This document shows, one piece after another, positions 62,571-64,000 of a DNA stretch of 64,000 nt (within the stretch, counting starts at the first letter, position 1; every line of letters begins with the position of its first letter). Source of the stretch: Harriotta raleighana. Taxonomy: Eukaryota. The translations under genes were made by a program, and so were the position numbers. Where the stretch lies: contig JBNZDD010013621.1 of assembly GCA_050575255.1 (NCBI GenBank), positions 2,119,412 to 2,183,411 of the forward strand. The letters are read 5' to 3'. Below the pieces are notes generated by a model, which saw nothing but the letters and a program-made list of their open reading frames with translations, was not told the DNA's origin and did not search any database.

Positions 62571-63556
62571 CCTTGCTAAAAAAAATTACTGAGGAGAAAT
62601 TTGGGCTTAACTTTGAAACTGATTTTCTGACGTTCTTGAAAGAATTTATAGAAACAAATCTTTAAAGCATTTGATAATTTTTCAAATCCTGGACACTAGC
62701 CAATGCTAAGATAATGGAATAAATCTATATCCAGCTGGAATTTCTACCATTATATTTTATTGCATTGGAAAGTAAGTATTGCCTAGATGCAATCTGAAAT
62801 ATGTATCATATATTTCAAAGTCAATTGTCATTAATACCATGTATAGATAGTTTTATTATCCACTATAATAGATGTTAGTGAAACTGGTGGATAATTCAAA
62901 TTGACGCTTAATCAAGATTCCACTTTTATTTTTAAAAAATCTACAATTGAAAAACGATTTTCATTCCATGATTCACCGATAAACACAAGATCAATCTTTA
63001 GAATCAGAGGACTCGGTGTTCAGGAAGATTTTCAATTTTTTATTAAAAATATATTTATAATATATGTAAGCCTTAAAATCAACCTTTCATGACATTTGAA
63101 CTCTGATTCAACCCAGAATGAGATCCAGGTGCAAAATCAAAACAAATAGACCATAGTGATTGAATTTAAAAATCTCTTTTATAATCAATTTGCTGTAAAA
63201 TACGTCTTGATTAATAGAGTAATCCTTTCCTGAAGTTACATTTTTAAAGCAAAATGAACATTTTCAAAATTTGGTGCATCATCTGAGACAAATGTCTTGC
63301 AAGCCATTTCTATGATATTATTGAATATCATCTAGAATTTTCAAAATTCACGTTTTGATGTTTTATTCCCCGTGTTTTATTTTTACTGAATTTGCTTTGT
63401 GGTTAATCAAAATATATCTTATTGTTCTCCAAAAGTACATTAGTTTCAAAATATTTAATTACTAGAGAACAGCGTTGAATTTTGACCATGTAATTTCAAT
63501 TTCCTTTAACTTTGGCATGACAATCTTGGCATCTTTGTCAATTTACATTTCTTTTA

Positions 63557-63757
63557 AATAATAATAATCCTTGTATTTGATGTAGCGCTTTTCACGTCTT
63601 CAGGACATCTCAAAGCGCTTCACAGAATATACTGTAAAATGAATTGACTGTATATCTGTGGGCGAAACTCAGCAGTCAATTGCACATAGCAATATCCGAC
63701 AAACAATCGTGGATTGAAATGAACAATTTTATCATTATGTTTATTGGGAAGGATTAC
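63557..63757 (-). mobile_element. Deu-domain SINE, 3' half
   Basis: Reverse tail and core. Confidence 0.87.
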
Positions 63758-63764
63758 CTTTTTT

Positions 63765-63915
63765 TCTTGATCAGCCGGGTGTCCGACACCATGCTTTAGA
63801 ATATCTAAACCAGACAGAGAATTCCATATATATTGTACAGTATATATAATATGTTTGGCACTTATATATGGAACTTTCTCTGTTGGAATGGAAAGCATAC
63901 TCACTCTCTCCCTGG
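63765..63915 (-). repeat. Unclassified interspersed repeat (family X) copy
   Basis: tcagccgggtgtccgacacc..gaatatctaaaccagacagag..ttggaatggaa..cactctctccctgg. Confidence 0.65.
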
Positions 63916-64000
63916 TTACATAATTCTAGACACTATTAGATGCAGGTTGGTGAGAACCGAGGCTTGAGGCCTGATTAAAAGACTTATGCTTTTGGGTTCA

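Noticed and set aside
1-64000. ORF-track entries as host genes
   Set aside because: All are short, many use non-ATG starts, and they overlap L2, CR1, SINE or low-complexity sequence. No chain of coding exons or recognisable cellular domain.
1-64000. Known conserved miRNA, snoRNA or snRNA genes
   Set aside because: No mature sequence I recognise; an Rfam/miRBase search would be needed to exclude them fully.

Overview
Repeat-dense, CpG-depleted vertebrate non-coding DNA (intronic or intergenic). The repeat content (tRNA-derived Deu-domain SINEs with L2-type tails, abundant L2 and CR1 LINE fragments, a Penelope-like fragment) points to a cartilaginous fish, most likely a chimaera such as Callorhinchus. 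That assignment comes from recalled repeat consensus sequences, not a database search. I find no credible host protein-coding gene, rRNA, true tRNA or CRISPR array. The ORF-track entries that look like protein are decayed L2/CR1 ORF2 pieces. Most interesting: (1) a four-layer nest at 26.8-27.8 kb containing a Penelope-like unit with a minimal hammerhead ribozyme whose two catalytic guanines are both mutated at CpG sites; (2) a tail-swapped, apparently headless Deu-core/L2-tail chimeric element in two independent copies; (3) an unclassified interspersed repeat in at least five copies; (4) a heavily decayed RTE/RTEX-like reverse transcriptase fossil missed by the ORF track; (5) perfect and imperfect palindromes, a local templated insertion and several MITEs with visible TIRs/TSDs. 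I cannot support a new multi-gene system. Repeat boundaries were read by eye and are approximate unless TIR/TSD positions are given.
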